The translations under genes were made by a program, and so were the position numbers. Below the pieces are notes generated by a model. The model saw only the letters and a list, made by a program, of their open reading frames with translations, made no database searches and had not been told where the DNA came from. DNA of 64,000 nt. Origin: a virus. Positions 46,201 through 53,793 of the stretch are shown here, in pieces. The stretch covers positions 13,880 through 77,879 of IMG/VR virus record IMGVR_UViG_3300030102_007485; one strand, 5' to 3'. Every line of letters starts with the position of its first letter. The first letter of the stretch is position 1.

Positions 46201-48985
46201 TGTAAGTATGTATGTTTCTAATGGACTCGGTCCCACCCGCGCAGTCAACGAGGAAGATAAAGCGATCTTGTTTACTGTTTGCACCATTGGTACAATTAAA
46301 TTCTATCTAGAAAACTTCCTTGGAATGACGCTCCCCTCCACTGTGGATTACGCTACGCCCCAAAGATGGTACAATGCTTTGGGTCGAGGTCAGTTTGCAT
46401 TCACTCCTCGCGGTCAGGCACAAATGCCTTCTGCTGAGTTTAGAGCGACGCTGATGATTTTAGTTGCGGATATAATAGCAAACGGTTTTTCTAATCTGGT
46501 CACAGAAGACGCCGTTCAAGCATATATCGATTCTGAACTTTCAGATATTTCACAGTTTCCAGACAATTTTGCACCACAACAAGGCGTTGGAGCGATTGAC
46601 GCTCGTGCATTCTTAGAACTTGGGCGCGCTTTGCAAGAGACGCCAGCAATTGAACTGATCCTTGACACTCGCATCAACGACCAGTTTCAGGTGATGGCAA
46701 AGTCGCTGTTTAATCTTCATGGAAATAATGAAGATTTTGGTCTTCGTCCGTTGTCGAGAACATATCAGTGGAAAAAGCAAGACCTAACCGCACCATTTGA
46801 TTTTTCTAGATATAAGACTAACATGTTGACTATTCCCAAAGTTTACAGTGCTGCTGCCCTAATAGCAGGAAATCTTAACGAAGTCACCCACCTACAACCT
46901 CCGTGGCGACAACCAGACTTTGAACCTATTGTATTTGGACACCCACAACCAAGAGTTAGTTCAACGAGAAGCAAGTTCGGGGGATATTCCCTAACACAGC
47001 AGTGCACTGCTTTATTCAATAAGTCAAACGCAGTCGATATCGGCGCTTCTGGTTGGGGTGACCAACGACTCTTTCGTTTTAGTGATCCGGAGCAAACGCT
47101 AGAACAAAAATTAGCAGTAATTTGTAACAAGTATACTGAAGGTGTTTTGAATCAAAGAACTTATGAGGGATTCTGGGGATACACTAGTTCTCCAAATTAC
47201 CTAGAGGGCATGTCTTTTCACACTTTAGTAAGTTATCATAAAGATTATGGTTATCGTATGCCATACTCTCGCGGCGCGGACATCGTCCGCGAAGGGGCGA
47301 CGTCCAATAGAGAACTCGAAGAATATGATTGGAGCATTTTTCTTCAGGTTCAAGATACTTTCCCCGCGGTTTGTGATTTGCTTGGTGGAAACACTGGTGG
47401 CGATGATGACTACGGCACATATGAAAATGAGTATGCCTTGGAAAGATTACCGTATCCCCAAGGTTTTCAGGGAGCGTTTGCGGGCAGAGATTTGCCCCCT
47501 GTTGGTAATTTGTCAGATCACTATCTGATTGGAGATGGTTATGGACTACCAAGAGAAGAGGAGATTCAAAACTTTATAAGCGTTCGAGGAGATCACAACA
47601 AGTCTATCGCCGAAATGGCAATTCTTTCACAAGATCAGGAACTCTTGACAGGATTTCGAGCATACATGATTAATCGTGGGATAGGTTTAGTCTTTAAGGC
47701 AGACTCTGACGAAAGAAAGTTCTGGAATACGGCAGGAGACCAACTTGCTACACCGAGAGATGAGGGTGATACTATGGCAAACTATGGTGGGCAACCCTTA
47801 AATCCTGCTGGTATATTTGAAGAATTAAATGCGGTTCTTAAAGAAGAACTTTCAACCAGATTGCAAAATATAATAGAAGGAAGCAATTATCAGGTAGGAT
47901 TGCGCATGGTTCAGATATTGCCAAAAAGCGTTTCAGATTCAATGGATAATATTCTTAATAGTCTAGGTCCACAAGATCCACTCAGACTCGCACTTGAATT
48001 GCTCATGGTTGAAGAGAGGATTGTAAAGGTAAAACTCGATATACCAGGTGATGCGCAGGAAGGGATTAGTTATGCACTGCCCATAGTGCATGTGGAAGAG
48101 GGGATGGATCGCTGCAACCTTAATTGGAGAAATATTTCAGTATCTGCAGGTACGATGATTCCAGAATTGTTGGATATGCTTTCTGCAGACGAGAGAATGG
48201 TGGATTTTATAGAAAAGTCTTTCCCCCTACAGAGACTATCTTTATTGTCTGGTCTATACTCTATTATGGCACTTTCGACAAAGGATGAGTTTAATGATTT
48301 CATGATGCCCTCAAAACTTTCTATAAGTGGGGTGTTTTCTTCGATCTTGACAAAGACCGAGTTTGAAGGTGTTCCGTCTGGTGTTGATCTGTGGATGATG
48401 GCGAATGGTTACATGACGTCTACTGGTCCAAAACCCGATTTGGATTTGATGGGACAAATGGGTGACTTTTTCACGCAATTAATACTGAACGCCCTGAATA
48501 CCCCAATAATTCTAATAAAGAATTTGGCAGGTGGGTTAGATCCCGCTTATAAGTCAATGATGAAAAGTCAAGGACCTGGTTCCAAGCAGGTCAAGAGTCT
48601 AAACTATTCATCTATCAGTGCAAACGGGTTGGAATCCAGGATGAGTAACGGAGTTAATTGTGATGGGGAGTATGTACCGGTGAATCTTGGATTCCCAAGA
48701 GATCTGGCAGCGAACTTAGTTCCAATACCGAACAGGGATTTCTTCAGGGCGCTCAAGAAGTTTGCATTCTTTATAAGAAGAAAAAAGAGGGGAGGCGTTT
48801 TCGACAGTTATGGGGATTTCTTGGGACCATTCGGCGCTATCGCTTTGGCGCTACCTGATCTTAGGGGTGATACCCCCGCTGCGGTAGCGGCAAGGGCAAA
48901 GCAGACAACAAGAACACCTCCAGAGCAATGCGAACCAGCAGAGATTGTTGAAATTAGTGAAAATAACACAGAAGAAGATAATTAA
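37262..48985 (+). CDS. Giant (3907 aa) virion/baseplate-associated protein with peptidoglycan-binding domain
   Basis: Uninterrupted ORF between spike and gp25; VDGKFGQGTESAVKSFQSNHGLKSDGVVGTLT. Confidence 0.75.
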   Translation: MTQKVHIGLSKIKFEPSLGFSFSADEYMTPGEHHVDFLVFKDFLSRKVLKSLYVFGSVDGMLGNRSTESARPSMRKLSMDEGNRFCEKTVRAIKAYQLLNRRSILHYGQKHFSWASTTPEQSKSLHPGEVSKIMTNDFKIASTPDFSKEFGLLGPATIAVMLGYRFHRTHINPDWNKGLVVDNGVAAYGSMVESDQSNNFFSSLSSRQKRRAEEFDRIYSLRKEYQEYKKNSPAPSEQDKKNFLDAKGVKYQFMEDLGDTTFSLIEQEADVRISYTPMTDTPDDGEILVVESVMTRKLYDKVYKSSPTMKFSPATASSLLDSLRAFVNRRKGLEGANGSSVSRSGMTAKKAVDILSKPQPSAQGDDPWIGTGEVKNFVHIYVDSDYTIEEEAELYARFGGKVATKTPPLRKRKQKGLKKDDAFVKEIQFALLVNGVLDSFDVPVIESEKERVQLRVEDSSDAVVSLFKESGVDLDSARIAVAQQNDQLPPDAQGDMSFSFDIGDADKEGHTVPVSEFKNRPTGHITYLEYLLYVDGKFGQGTESAVKSFQSNHGLKSDGVVGTLTYRKIYQVHGDKLSKYGFESIKDTLGARAEVANKKHDYKYLTRDLSRKALQKVFAYYKKETTWKLNLADPEINDIYPGKYNPTLTQPVTLSINDDTLFDFEDVDAEPFRTIHEEIDLPESFCTVRSQLRPLSDIMANLSNDVEAKRSYWATESVADFFIPPTRPGGYFMVEYVIDRKKLDLVLSKTDAKVVDAVDAGIMAFETAAVIYDKVSKFLEDPSAAYELAEEKVSKAIDDYASAKIEAISEYKRDAIKNAGKNTRNAWKKLRKKKQKDRRNRLLKERAAKNASQIQSRDVQLLGGTAKFETRLFRKKIDKVANKMIDLNQSFQDMKKEQSNIQATNKDLGARGYSHKKKEDPFQSYSDFLNMKPELDLKKDAERLREIPGAMETFLKLNGQHLEDKFNRFLEFDFAKVRDRYGNILGAKIKSIYFVGQKPADYIDEQVSTAAAFAGSEESFRASRRKLEHGFDALIKKSPFNDHRIMSYFAQMNVIDKELFKSAWGSRCGEYETLPVMDFISKYVYPAPGISSLTNDATPVNKKTSSGKPVITVKENIEENVGLMFSQLKTSAQRLTEQASVTAQNVDSLVQFKKGKTYDANDLLPLGELCTWEEITQKFINTFDFKSYWCEFSACLPDIPWPIVIDLTFDIPKLPKLPTLKQLRIIFDQLYISLVEMLVRFFCTLINKLLDLIRFPNCDEIFEAALFGAASLVNAIQEHDSMETPVPIGSYDISSQFLRGVDQSNFNSSKTKVQKKMLNSLTSYGIPAELLSDPDSGVNGSSMTDMINDLSALMRPTELTSLLRGNATPEVLTIIVNYIDMNIPALSEYLSSENSIQDFFSNLGGLIDVEVLNRIDKIPQILAENRFCPETVDARSRIIMGDLSEDQLRSAINAHNSKSTQTAEAVRAMMTDNPIASAMGDLYNPGDPNAIISDVPAPMVEIIESTAKSIFEVPKFSFIADVSRYTDLLYDQASRPLEYEDPEFNLDIENKALEAIEILTKNEAEIRNALTGANVVRKWRLRERLYEKFHYDVFVVEKKFKTQRRKRNRQGSTKLVTTVKLYPEVSDELMQQLKSGALTDSCGGVTDLNENGRTEFHFLIKRIGSYNSDLSPGVPSFENLQLELVNQVFKLSNYVPDFLPTGASLMVKPQKEDEDGILIPNAPILRRDDGTAIKSSLNMNDVSESEKTGLIRQITDSIVTRITELQNAVMRHLEVNMSDKNDSALLPEIRKYYDRSEETRRERGLVGDEEEFFRVVPSATADGFSFELSLPKRFQSSLVYEEVASEGDEDLYRIVINDQVLMKSSENFYGCDILPQEYARPPGVSSLAKKGIYVDIVRRSMVDHFKRYQRSEGYGAALSSLRRAFTRDLESPGQIADQLHEDSYNSTFEMFFEEIMDQMSDSRIFNDPEYIEKLDVRIRGAREYDKNGCLVRSTKGLIDFEEIVKSASSRVLSAFNDPSFHPSKMEFNAGSMGPFEKGIIHSAIYLMVNFLLIEFALRGGIAFSSFSPNALFGKESSGANDNFLHNYLVNFISNSLSQVMVSANVAFPESTKITDKTLLYPFRDVFMNHCVEYVRVVSPSTVSTSDKSANQKSAISYIVNEVIKEGQLIDMIEGLFHGTEQEKKPFVKTFLENSQILSIPEETTPDGMWKLSDVEEPENAIEKGRFLLQKYIRVTGPAASRDLSQYTFSEEFLSKKDEILQRLREVDPNQDLLVDDPVAVADRIDARIDVLEEMEPLPGAADDDYRTPLENEQTEVVSIEELNSYLRNSYQGSFNEELCNLLGLIYTEDPENPCFLMPEAFTRFPGKLIKKNFKRYKIDRGFTVRNQGQIEGIGLRFRYRDWVGRGRSGWKDEEELLAYNANPPLDQAGRPMVGGFNDRNVVRSRDVRFSYEVDQQNGDRGFFNDVFDQSLLSDANQPESSLYSTGIFSKLGRAGQLGALVHVEDADPEYLMLEEDVCKISSDFGKEGITKIFEGYSAGGFVAEREDLLLTAEMKNFSESFTPIIGAGIQKPKGPETFSLLSMGQGEKLKQGVVDAVPFMDSAFNTYQNSPDLIPLDMLTNRSNSLQEGGDYSYGSSHPKIEDLGPRGMRRMEQNDNPQEQLFGWKKGKITEEEFNQYRSMENLSDGLRPRLQNDIKILGPNDVYEEWTHYLIEDPGYVFGHPGESLHHPESMGCMMDPYHFDGTDAPRDEYGDDWSYVHRHWVDRAFLECCRAIEDKSLLTDESKKQSRVGQYWGWGFARFKRHGTGQGRNTDRYNPGHGRYDQVFRFNHEKRWDGSKEKATEHRRRIRQFPNRAAIMVRPLGYQNESYEHEKTNELGANEYASPLKILVTRIDYKIGDTVLHSDVYMGSEYNDGGILAGSDLRASHTENEYRSLMLSEAINRLMMEWVENNTSAINLYNGEVSSDFLRDNLRKRIEEYVSMYVSNGLGPTRAVNEEDKAILFTVCTIGTIKFYLENFLGMTLPSTVDYATPQRWYNALGRGQFAFTPRGQAQMPSAEFRATLMILVADIIANGFSNLVTEDAVQAYIDSELSDISQFPDNFAPQQGVGAIDARAFLELGRALQETPAIELILDTRINDQFQVMAKSLFNLHGNNEDFGLRPLSRTYQWKKQDLTAPFDFSRYKTNMLTIPKVYSAAALIAGNLNEVTHLQPPWRQPDFEPIVFGHPQPRVSSTRSKFGGYSLTQQCTALFNKSNAVDIGASGWGDQRLFRFSDPEQTLEQKLAVICNKYTEGVLNQRTYEGFWGYTSSPNYLEGMSFHTLVSYHKDYGYRMPYSRGADIVREGATSNRELEEYDWSIFLQVQDTFPAVCDLLGGNTGGDDDYGTYENEYALERLPYPQGFQGAFAGRDLPPVGNLSDHYLIGDGYGLPREEEIQNFISVRGDHNKSIAEMAILSQDQELLTGFRAYMINRGIGLVFKADSDERKFWNTAGDQLATPRDEGDTMANYGGQPLNPAGIFEELNAVLKEELSTRLQNIIEGSNYQVGLRMVQILPKSVSDSMDNILNSLGPQDPLRLALELLMVEERIVKVKLDIPGDAQEGISYALPIVHVEEGMDRCNLNWRNISVSAGTMIPELLDMLSADERMVDFIEKSFPLQRLSLLSGLYSIMALSTKDEFNDFMMPSKLSISGVFSSILTKTEFEGVPSGVDLWMMANGYMTSTGPKPDLDLMGQMGDFFTQLILNALNTPIILIKNLAGGLDPAYKSMMKSQGPGSKQVKSLNYSSISANGLESRMSNGVNCDGEYVPVNLGFPRDLAANLVPIPNRDFFRALKKFAFFIRRKKRGGVFDSYGDFLGPFGAIALALPDLRGDTPAAVAARAKQTTRTPPEQCEPAEIVEISENNTEEDN

Positions 48986-49003
48986 TTCAACAGGAGGGTT
49001 CTT

Positions 49004-49405
49004 ATGTCTAGGGGATTAGCAGTAAAATTACCTTTGAGAATATCAGAAGAGTTTGGACCATACGACCTTCACACGGATATTAAGACAATGGTTCATCAAA
49101 ATTTAAAGATGATTTTACTAACAAATCCAGGAGAAAGAATAATGAATCCGGATTTTGGAGTTGGTCTTCAAACGTTTCTCCATGAACAAAACACGGCATC
49201 TTTGGTTGGTCGAATTTCATCCAAAATTCAAGAGCAGGTAGAAACGCACTTAGATTTTATAGAAATAACGGAAACATACATAGGTCCAGATCAAAATTCT
49301 CTTAATCCATCCGACAATGTTTTGTCCATAGTTATAAAATATAATATCATCCCAATCTCAGAAGAGGATATTCTATCAATTACTCTCTCAGATTTTGGTT
49401 TGTAA
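49004..49405 (+). CDS. Baseplate wedge gp25-like protein
   Basis: QNLKMILLTNPGERIMNPDFGVGL; SD AGGAGG. Confidence 0.93.
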   Translation: MSRGLAVKLPLRISEEFGPYDLHTDIKTMVHQNLKMILLTNPGERIMNPDFGVGLQTFLHEQNTASLVGRISSKIQEQVETHLDFIEITETYIGPDQNSLNPSDNVLSIVIKYNIIPISEEDILSITLSDFGL

Positions 49406-49438
49406 ACCTAATTATTTGGAAAGTTTTGAGGTTTTTTG

Positions 49439-51235
49439 ATGTCAATTAAGAAGATAGTTCCTATAGATTACACAAGTCGTGATTTTAATTCAATTAAAAA
49501 CGACCTAATAGAATACACCAAAAGGTATTATCCAGAAATCTTTAGGGATTTTAATGAAGCAAGTTTTGGTTCCTTGATGCTGGATACGGTCTCATACATT
49601 GGGGATATTTTGTCCTTTTACTTGGACTATCATGCCAATGAGTCTTTTATAGAAACATCTATAGAGTATTCAAACGTTTTAAACCACGCAAAGCAAATGG
49701 GTTACAAGCATTCAACCGCACCATCATCGCATGGAGTGGTAGATATACACTGTCTTATCCCCGCCAGCACAACATCTACAGCACCCGATTTTCAGTATGT
49801 TCCAACCTTGAGAAAGGGTACGACTTTTGGTACCAATTCTGGAAAGATATTTACCTTAAACGAGGACGTTAGTTTTGATCCTACCGGAAGAAACGAGGTG
49901 TACGTCTACTCAGAAACAGCACAAGGACCATCTTACTATGTAGTCCGTTCATCAGGGCAAGTTGTTTCAGGACGTCTTGAGCGCAAGGAGGTTACCGTAG
50001 GGGATTTTCAAAGATTTTTAAGAGTTGGTCTTGGTGACTCTCAAGTGTCTGAAATCATTTCAGTGACAGATGCACAAGGAAATGTATACTATGAAGTTGA
50101 TTATTTGTCTCAAAATATCATATTTAAGGAATTAGTCAATCGAGGAGTAAACTCTGACGAGGTACCGACCCTACTGAAACCATTTCCAGTTCCTAGGAGA
50201 TTTGTCGTAGAGCACGAGTCAGATGAGGTGTTTCTGCAATTTGGGTACGGATCAGAATCAGAACTGACAAACAAATCGATTATAGACCCAAGCGAAGTTA
50301 TATTGAAGGTACATGGTAAAGATTACGTTACGGACACGTCCTTTGACCCAAGTAAGTTGACGAGCACTGACAAGTTTGGCGTTGCCCCTAGCAATACAAC
50401 TTTAACAATTGTTACCAGGTCTAATAACCTTAATTCTGTTAACGCTGCCGTCGCTGAAATAAATCAAGTTATTCAACCAAGGGTCTTTTTTAAAAATGAG
50501 GACAACCTAAACGCATCGAAGGTCAAGACTATAGTTGGTAGTTTTGAAGTGGACAATAAGCAACCAATCGTCGGTAGTATCACCATACCAACAACCGAAG
50601 AGATAAAGCGCCGCGCCATTGACGTTTTTGCTACACAAAACCGTGCGGTAACTAAACGCGACTATGTGAGTTCTGTGTATAATATGCCACCTAAGTTTGG
50701 GGCAATCAAGAGGTGTGCAGTCCACCGCGATCATGACGAGATGAAAAGAAGTTTAAATATTTACGTCCTTTCAGAGAATTCTACCGGTAGTTTGACGAAG
50801 TCAAATATTACTTTAAAAAACAACTTAAAGACTTGGTTGAATTCTATTAGAATGATGAGTGACTCCATTAAAATCCTGGACGCTCAGATTGTAAACATTG
50901 GTATTGAATTTGACATCATGGTTGAGAATAGTGCTAATGAGGTGGAGGTGATGGCAAGATGCACGCAGGAGATTATTGACGATATGTTGCAGTTGAAGAT
51001 GGACTTGGGTCAACCATTTTATATAACTGATGTGTTTAAGTCTCTGAAGGATGTCGAGGGGTTGTTGGATGTTGTGGACGTAAGGATTACAAACAAGACC
51101 ACTGCACTGTATTCGCCAATTTTCTATGATCTTGAGGCAAATACTTCTGAGGACGGGAGATATATTGGGATTCCCTTTGACCATGTTTTTGAGGTAAAGT
51201 TCCCTAAAGCAGATATTGTAGGAAGAGTGGTATAA
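49439..51235 (+). CDS. Baseplate wedge subunit gp6-like / baseplate J
   Basis: DYTSRDFNSIK, DFNEAS.G, LQFG.G, TQNRAVTKRDY. Confidence 0.92.
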   Translation: MSIKKIVPIDYTSRDFNSIKNDLIEYTKRYYPEIFRDFNEASFGSLMLDTVSYIGDILSFYLDYHANESFIETSIEYSNVLNHAKQMGYKHSTAPSSHGVVDIHCLIPASTTSTAPDFQYVPTLRKGTTFGTNSGKIFTLNEDVSFDPTGRNEVYVYSETAQGPSYYVVRSSGQVVSGRLERKEVTVGDFQRFLRVGLGDSQVSEIISVTDAQGNVYYEVDYLSQNIIFKELVNRGVNSDEVPTLLKPFPVPRRFVVEHESDEVFLQFGYGSESELTNKSIIDPSEVILKVHGKDYVTDTSFDPSKLTSTDKFGVAPSNTTLTIVTRSNNLNSVNAAVAEINQVIQPRVFFKNEDNLNASKVKTIVGSFEVDNKQPIVGSITIPTTEEIKRRAIDVFATQNRAVTKRDYVSSVYNMPPKFGAIKRCAVHRDHDEMKRSLNIYVLSENSTGSLTKSNITLKNNLKTWLNSIRMMSDSIKILDAQIVNIGIEFDIMVENSANEVEVMARCTQEIIDDMLQLKMDLGQPFYITDVFKSLKDVEGLLDVVDVRITNKTTALYSPIFYDLEANTSEDGRYIGIPFDHVFEVKFPKADIVGRVV

Positions 51236-53793
51236 TGGCAATCAAAAGATTTGTTTCTAACAAAGACAACGTAATAACGAACGCATATAAATTTGACTTA
51301 CAAAATCGTGCAACTAAGTCTAACATGGGTCAGTCTGACGTTCTAGAGGTTTTTACAATTTATGGACAGCAGTCAAAGACCTCTATTGAGAAAACAAGGA
51401 TCTTGGTTCAATTTCCAATTGATGAACTCATTGCCCAACGGTCATCTGGCAATATCCCCAAGTCTGGAAGCGTCAAGTTTCACTTAACTTTGTTTAACGC
51501 CGAGCATGGACAAAGTGTGCCAAAGAACTACAACTTGCAGGTGAACCCTATCGCCCAGGCATGGGACGAGGGTTTTGGACTAGACATGGAAACCTACACA
51601 GACACAGGCGCATCCAACTGGGTATCTGCTTCTGCGGCATCACAAGTTCAGATCACAAAGTTTACTTTCAACAGTTCTTCTGCTGCCGACTACAGTGGAG
51701 CGTCTGTAAGTTTGTACGAGCAGGACGGTGATCGTCATAATTTTTGGTTTAAGCATAATGGTGGCGCTTCTGCCCCAACTCTCGACGGCACTGAGCATGA
51801 AGTGGACATCATAGGAAAAGTGACCCCAACAGAAATTGCAACCGCTTTTAGAAATTTTGTAGATCCTGTCGATGGATTTAGTGCCGTCTCCCAAGACAAT
51901 GACGGTACAGTAGTCAATGTTTCGACCACCACTGCAGGATCCGTGTCGTCCTTCTCTTTTAATTCCTTACCCAGTAATACTATAGTGGGGGAGGTGACAC
52001 AGCAGGGTACCTCTGCAGAACTCTGGACCAAAGAAGGTTCATCTTATTGGCAATCTCCAGACATAAAATCAACCGAGTTTTCTTATTCTCAGACTTTCAC
52101 AGAAGGTAGAGAAAATCTTGATATTGATATCACTGGACTTGTAGAGGAGTGGGTTAAAGGTGGTACAGGATCAGGACTCGTTGCCGCAAGTGGATCTTTA
52201 CTGTTTACGGGCACACCAGTAGACAACTCCACCATATCGGTCATCAGCACTGATGGATTGAAAAGGGAATATAGGTTTATGTCTTCGGGTATAACAAATG
52301 CCGAAACTGGATCTTCCGATTCTTCAGTCATTTTTGTGGATACAAGTTCAGGCAACACTTCAACTATAGCAACAAACTTTGGTTCTGCATTGAAATCTTT
52401 AAATGCCCACAGCACCAGGTTCACCACTAAAATCCACAGTAATTTAGTGGCGTTAACGCAATCTGCTTCAGGTTTCGGAGGAAACACAAAAGTTACAACC
52501 ACCGGAGTCACGAACACCACCTTGAACACATATCTTTCCGGTGGTGCTGGATCTTTGAATTACGGGTTGCTTGTTAATTTGCAGGGAACTTTTGAAGATG
52601 GTACTTTGGCGACATCCTTTTATACAAAAAAGTTTTTTGCAAGAGGTAGTGAGTTTATTCTAAAAAGACCAATACTGGAGGCGCGCTGGGATAGTGCTAT
52701 AACTGATGATCGTAATGACTTTTACTTGAGTAGTTCACTGCTGAGTGCTGCGGATAATTTGAATTCCATATATTTATATAATTATTTTCGAGGTACTTTG
52801 AATAACTTGCCCTCTGTTGGCACTGGGAATCTTTATGTGAAGTTCCTTGATAAGACAGGTGCAGAGATAACGACCTCGACACCTAGAAATCCAATAACCG
52901 CTTCATATTCATCAACGGGCATATACCGCGCTCAGGTTGCGCTCACGACTAATGAGACCCCCGTGACTGACGTTTGGTTTTTTGAAAAAGAGGCAACAGC
53001 AACGATTACCACCACAGGAAACCCTGGTAATAATCAAACCTTTTCCTTAAAGAACACCGCAGGCACTTCAACAACTTTTGTTTTTAAAACTGATTCTACA
53101 ACGGTTGACGGTACATTATCCGGTGCTAATGTAATAATTGGAGTTCAAAACGCCCTCGGATCCGCAGCAGCAGTTGGTGATAGGATTCGAGCAGCAATAA
53201 ATAATGTATCAGGTCTTAACATTACTGCGACTGAGACTTCTGGCGGTGCAATGACTTTGACCCAAGATGTTAAAGGATCGGCAGGAAACACAACAATTGA
53301 TACAAGTGGTGTCACCACTGTTGATTCGACCTCTTTCACCGGCGGCGTTGGACCAACAGAGTTTCAGAGAGGGCAAATCGTGCCCAAGACCCATACATCT
53401 AACGCGCATAGACCAGATTTCAACTATGTTTCGAAATTATTAAATCTAAAATCCACTTATAATACGCAAGAAAAACCACGCTTGCGCTTGTACATAAGGG
53501 AGCGAGATTGGTGTCCAAACATATATTCGATAGCAAGTAAAGAGATCGAATCTTCAGTTATTAAAAGCGCTTATTATAAGTTATCTAGAGTTGCAGATGA
53601 CTTTACAGTAATCAATTACGGCACTGGAAGTGTAGAGTACACTAAATTGTCTTATGATGCAAGCGGCAGTTACTTTGATTTGGATATGTCGATTCTTGAG
53701 GAGGGTCATTCGTATGAGATTTCTGTTGTTTACAAGTTAGACAATGATTACAAAGAGCAGAATGACAAGTTTAGATTTAGAGTAGATCCATGA
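51235..53793 (+). CDS. Baseplate/tail protein with DNRLRE-like domain and three inserted modules
   Basis: RILVQF, AWDEG, DITGLVEEW...NYGLL, RPILEARW. Confidence 0.7.
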   Translation: MAIKRFVSNKDNVITNAYKFDLQNRATKSNMGQSDVLEVFTIYGQQSKTSIEKTRILVQFPIDELIAQRSSGNIPKSGSVKFHLTLFNAEHGQSVPKNYNLQVNPIAQAWDEGFGLDMETYTDTGASNWVSASAASQVQITKFTFNSSSAADYSGASVSLYEQDGDRHNFWFKHNGGASAPTLDGTEHEVDIIGKVTPTEIATAFRNFVDPVDGFSAVSQDNDGTVVNVSTTTAGSVSSFSFNSLPSNTIVGEVTQQGTSAELWTKEGSSYWQSPDIKSTEFSYSQTFTEGRENLDIDITGLVEEWVKGGTGSGLVAASGSLLFTGTPVDNSTISVISTDGLKREYRFMSSGITNAETGSSDSSVIFVDTSSGNTSTIATNFGSALKSLNAHSTRFTTKIHSNLVALTQSASGFGGNTKVTTTGVTNTTLNTYLSGGAGSLNYGLLVNLQGTFEDGTLATSFYTKKFFARGSEFILKRPILEARWDSAITDDRNDFYLSSSLLSAADNLNSIYLYNYFRGTLNNLPSVGTGNLYVKFLDKTGAEITTSTPRNPITASYSSTGIYRAQVALTTNETPVTDVWFFEKEATATITTTGNPGNNQTFSLKNTAGTSTTFVFKTDSTTVDGTLSGANVIIGVQNALGSAAAVGDRIRAAINNVSGLNITATETSGGAMTLTQDVKGSAGNTTIDTSGVTTVDSTSFTGGVGPTEFQRGQIVPKTHTSNAHRPDFNYVSKLLNLKSTYNTQEKPRLRLYIRERDWCPNIYSIASKEIESSVIKSAYYKLSRVADDFTVINYGTGSVEYTKLSYDASGSYFDLDMSILEEGHSYEISVVYKLDNDYKEQNDKFRFRVDP
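52993..53352 (+). repeat. ~120-aa inserted module, copy A (ATATITTTGNP...FTGGVG)
   Basis: Protein-level alignment with copies B and C. Confidence 0.9.
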
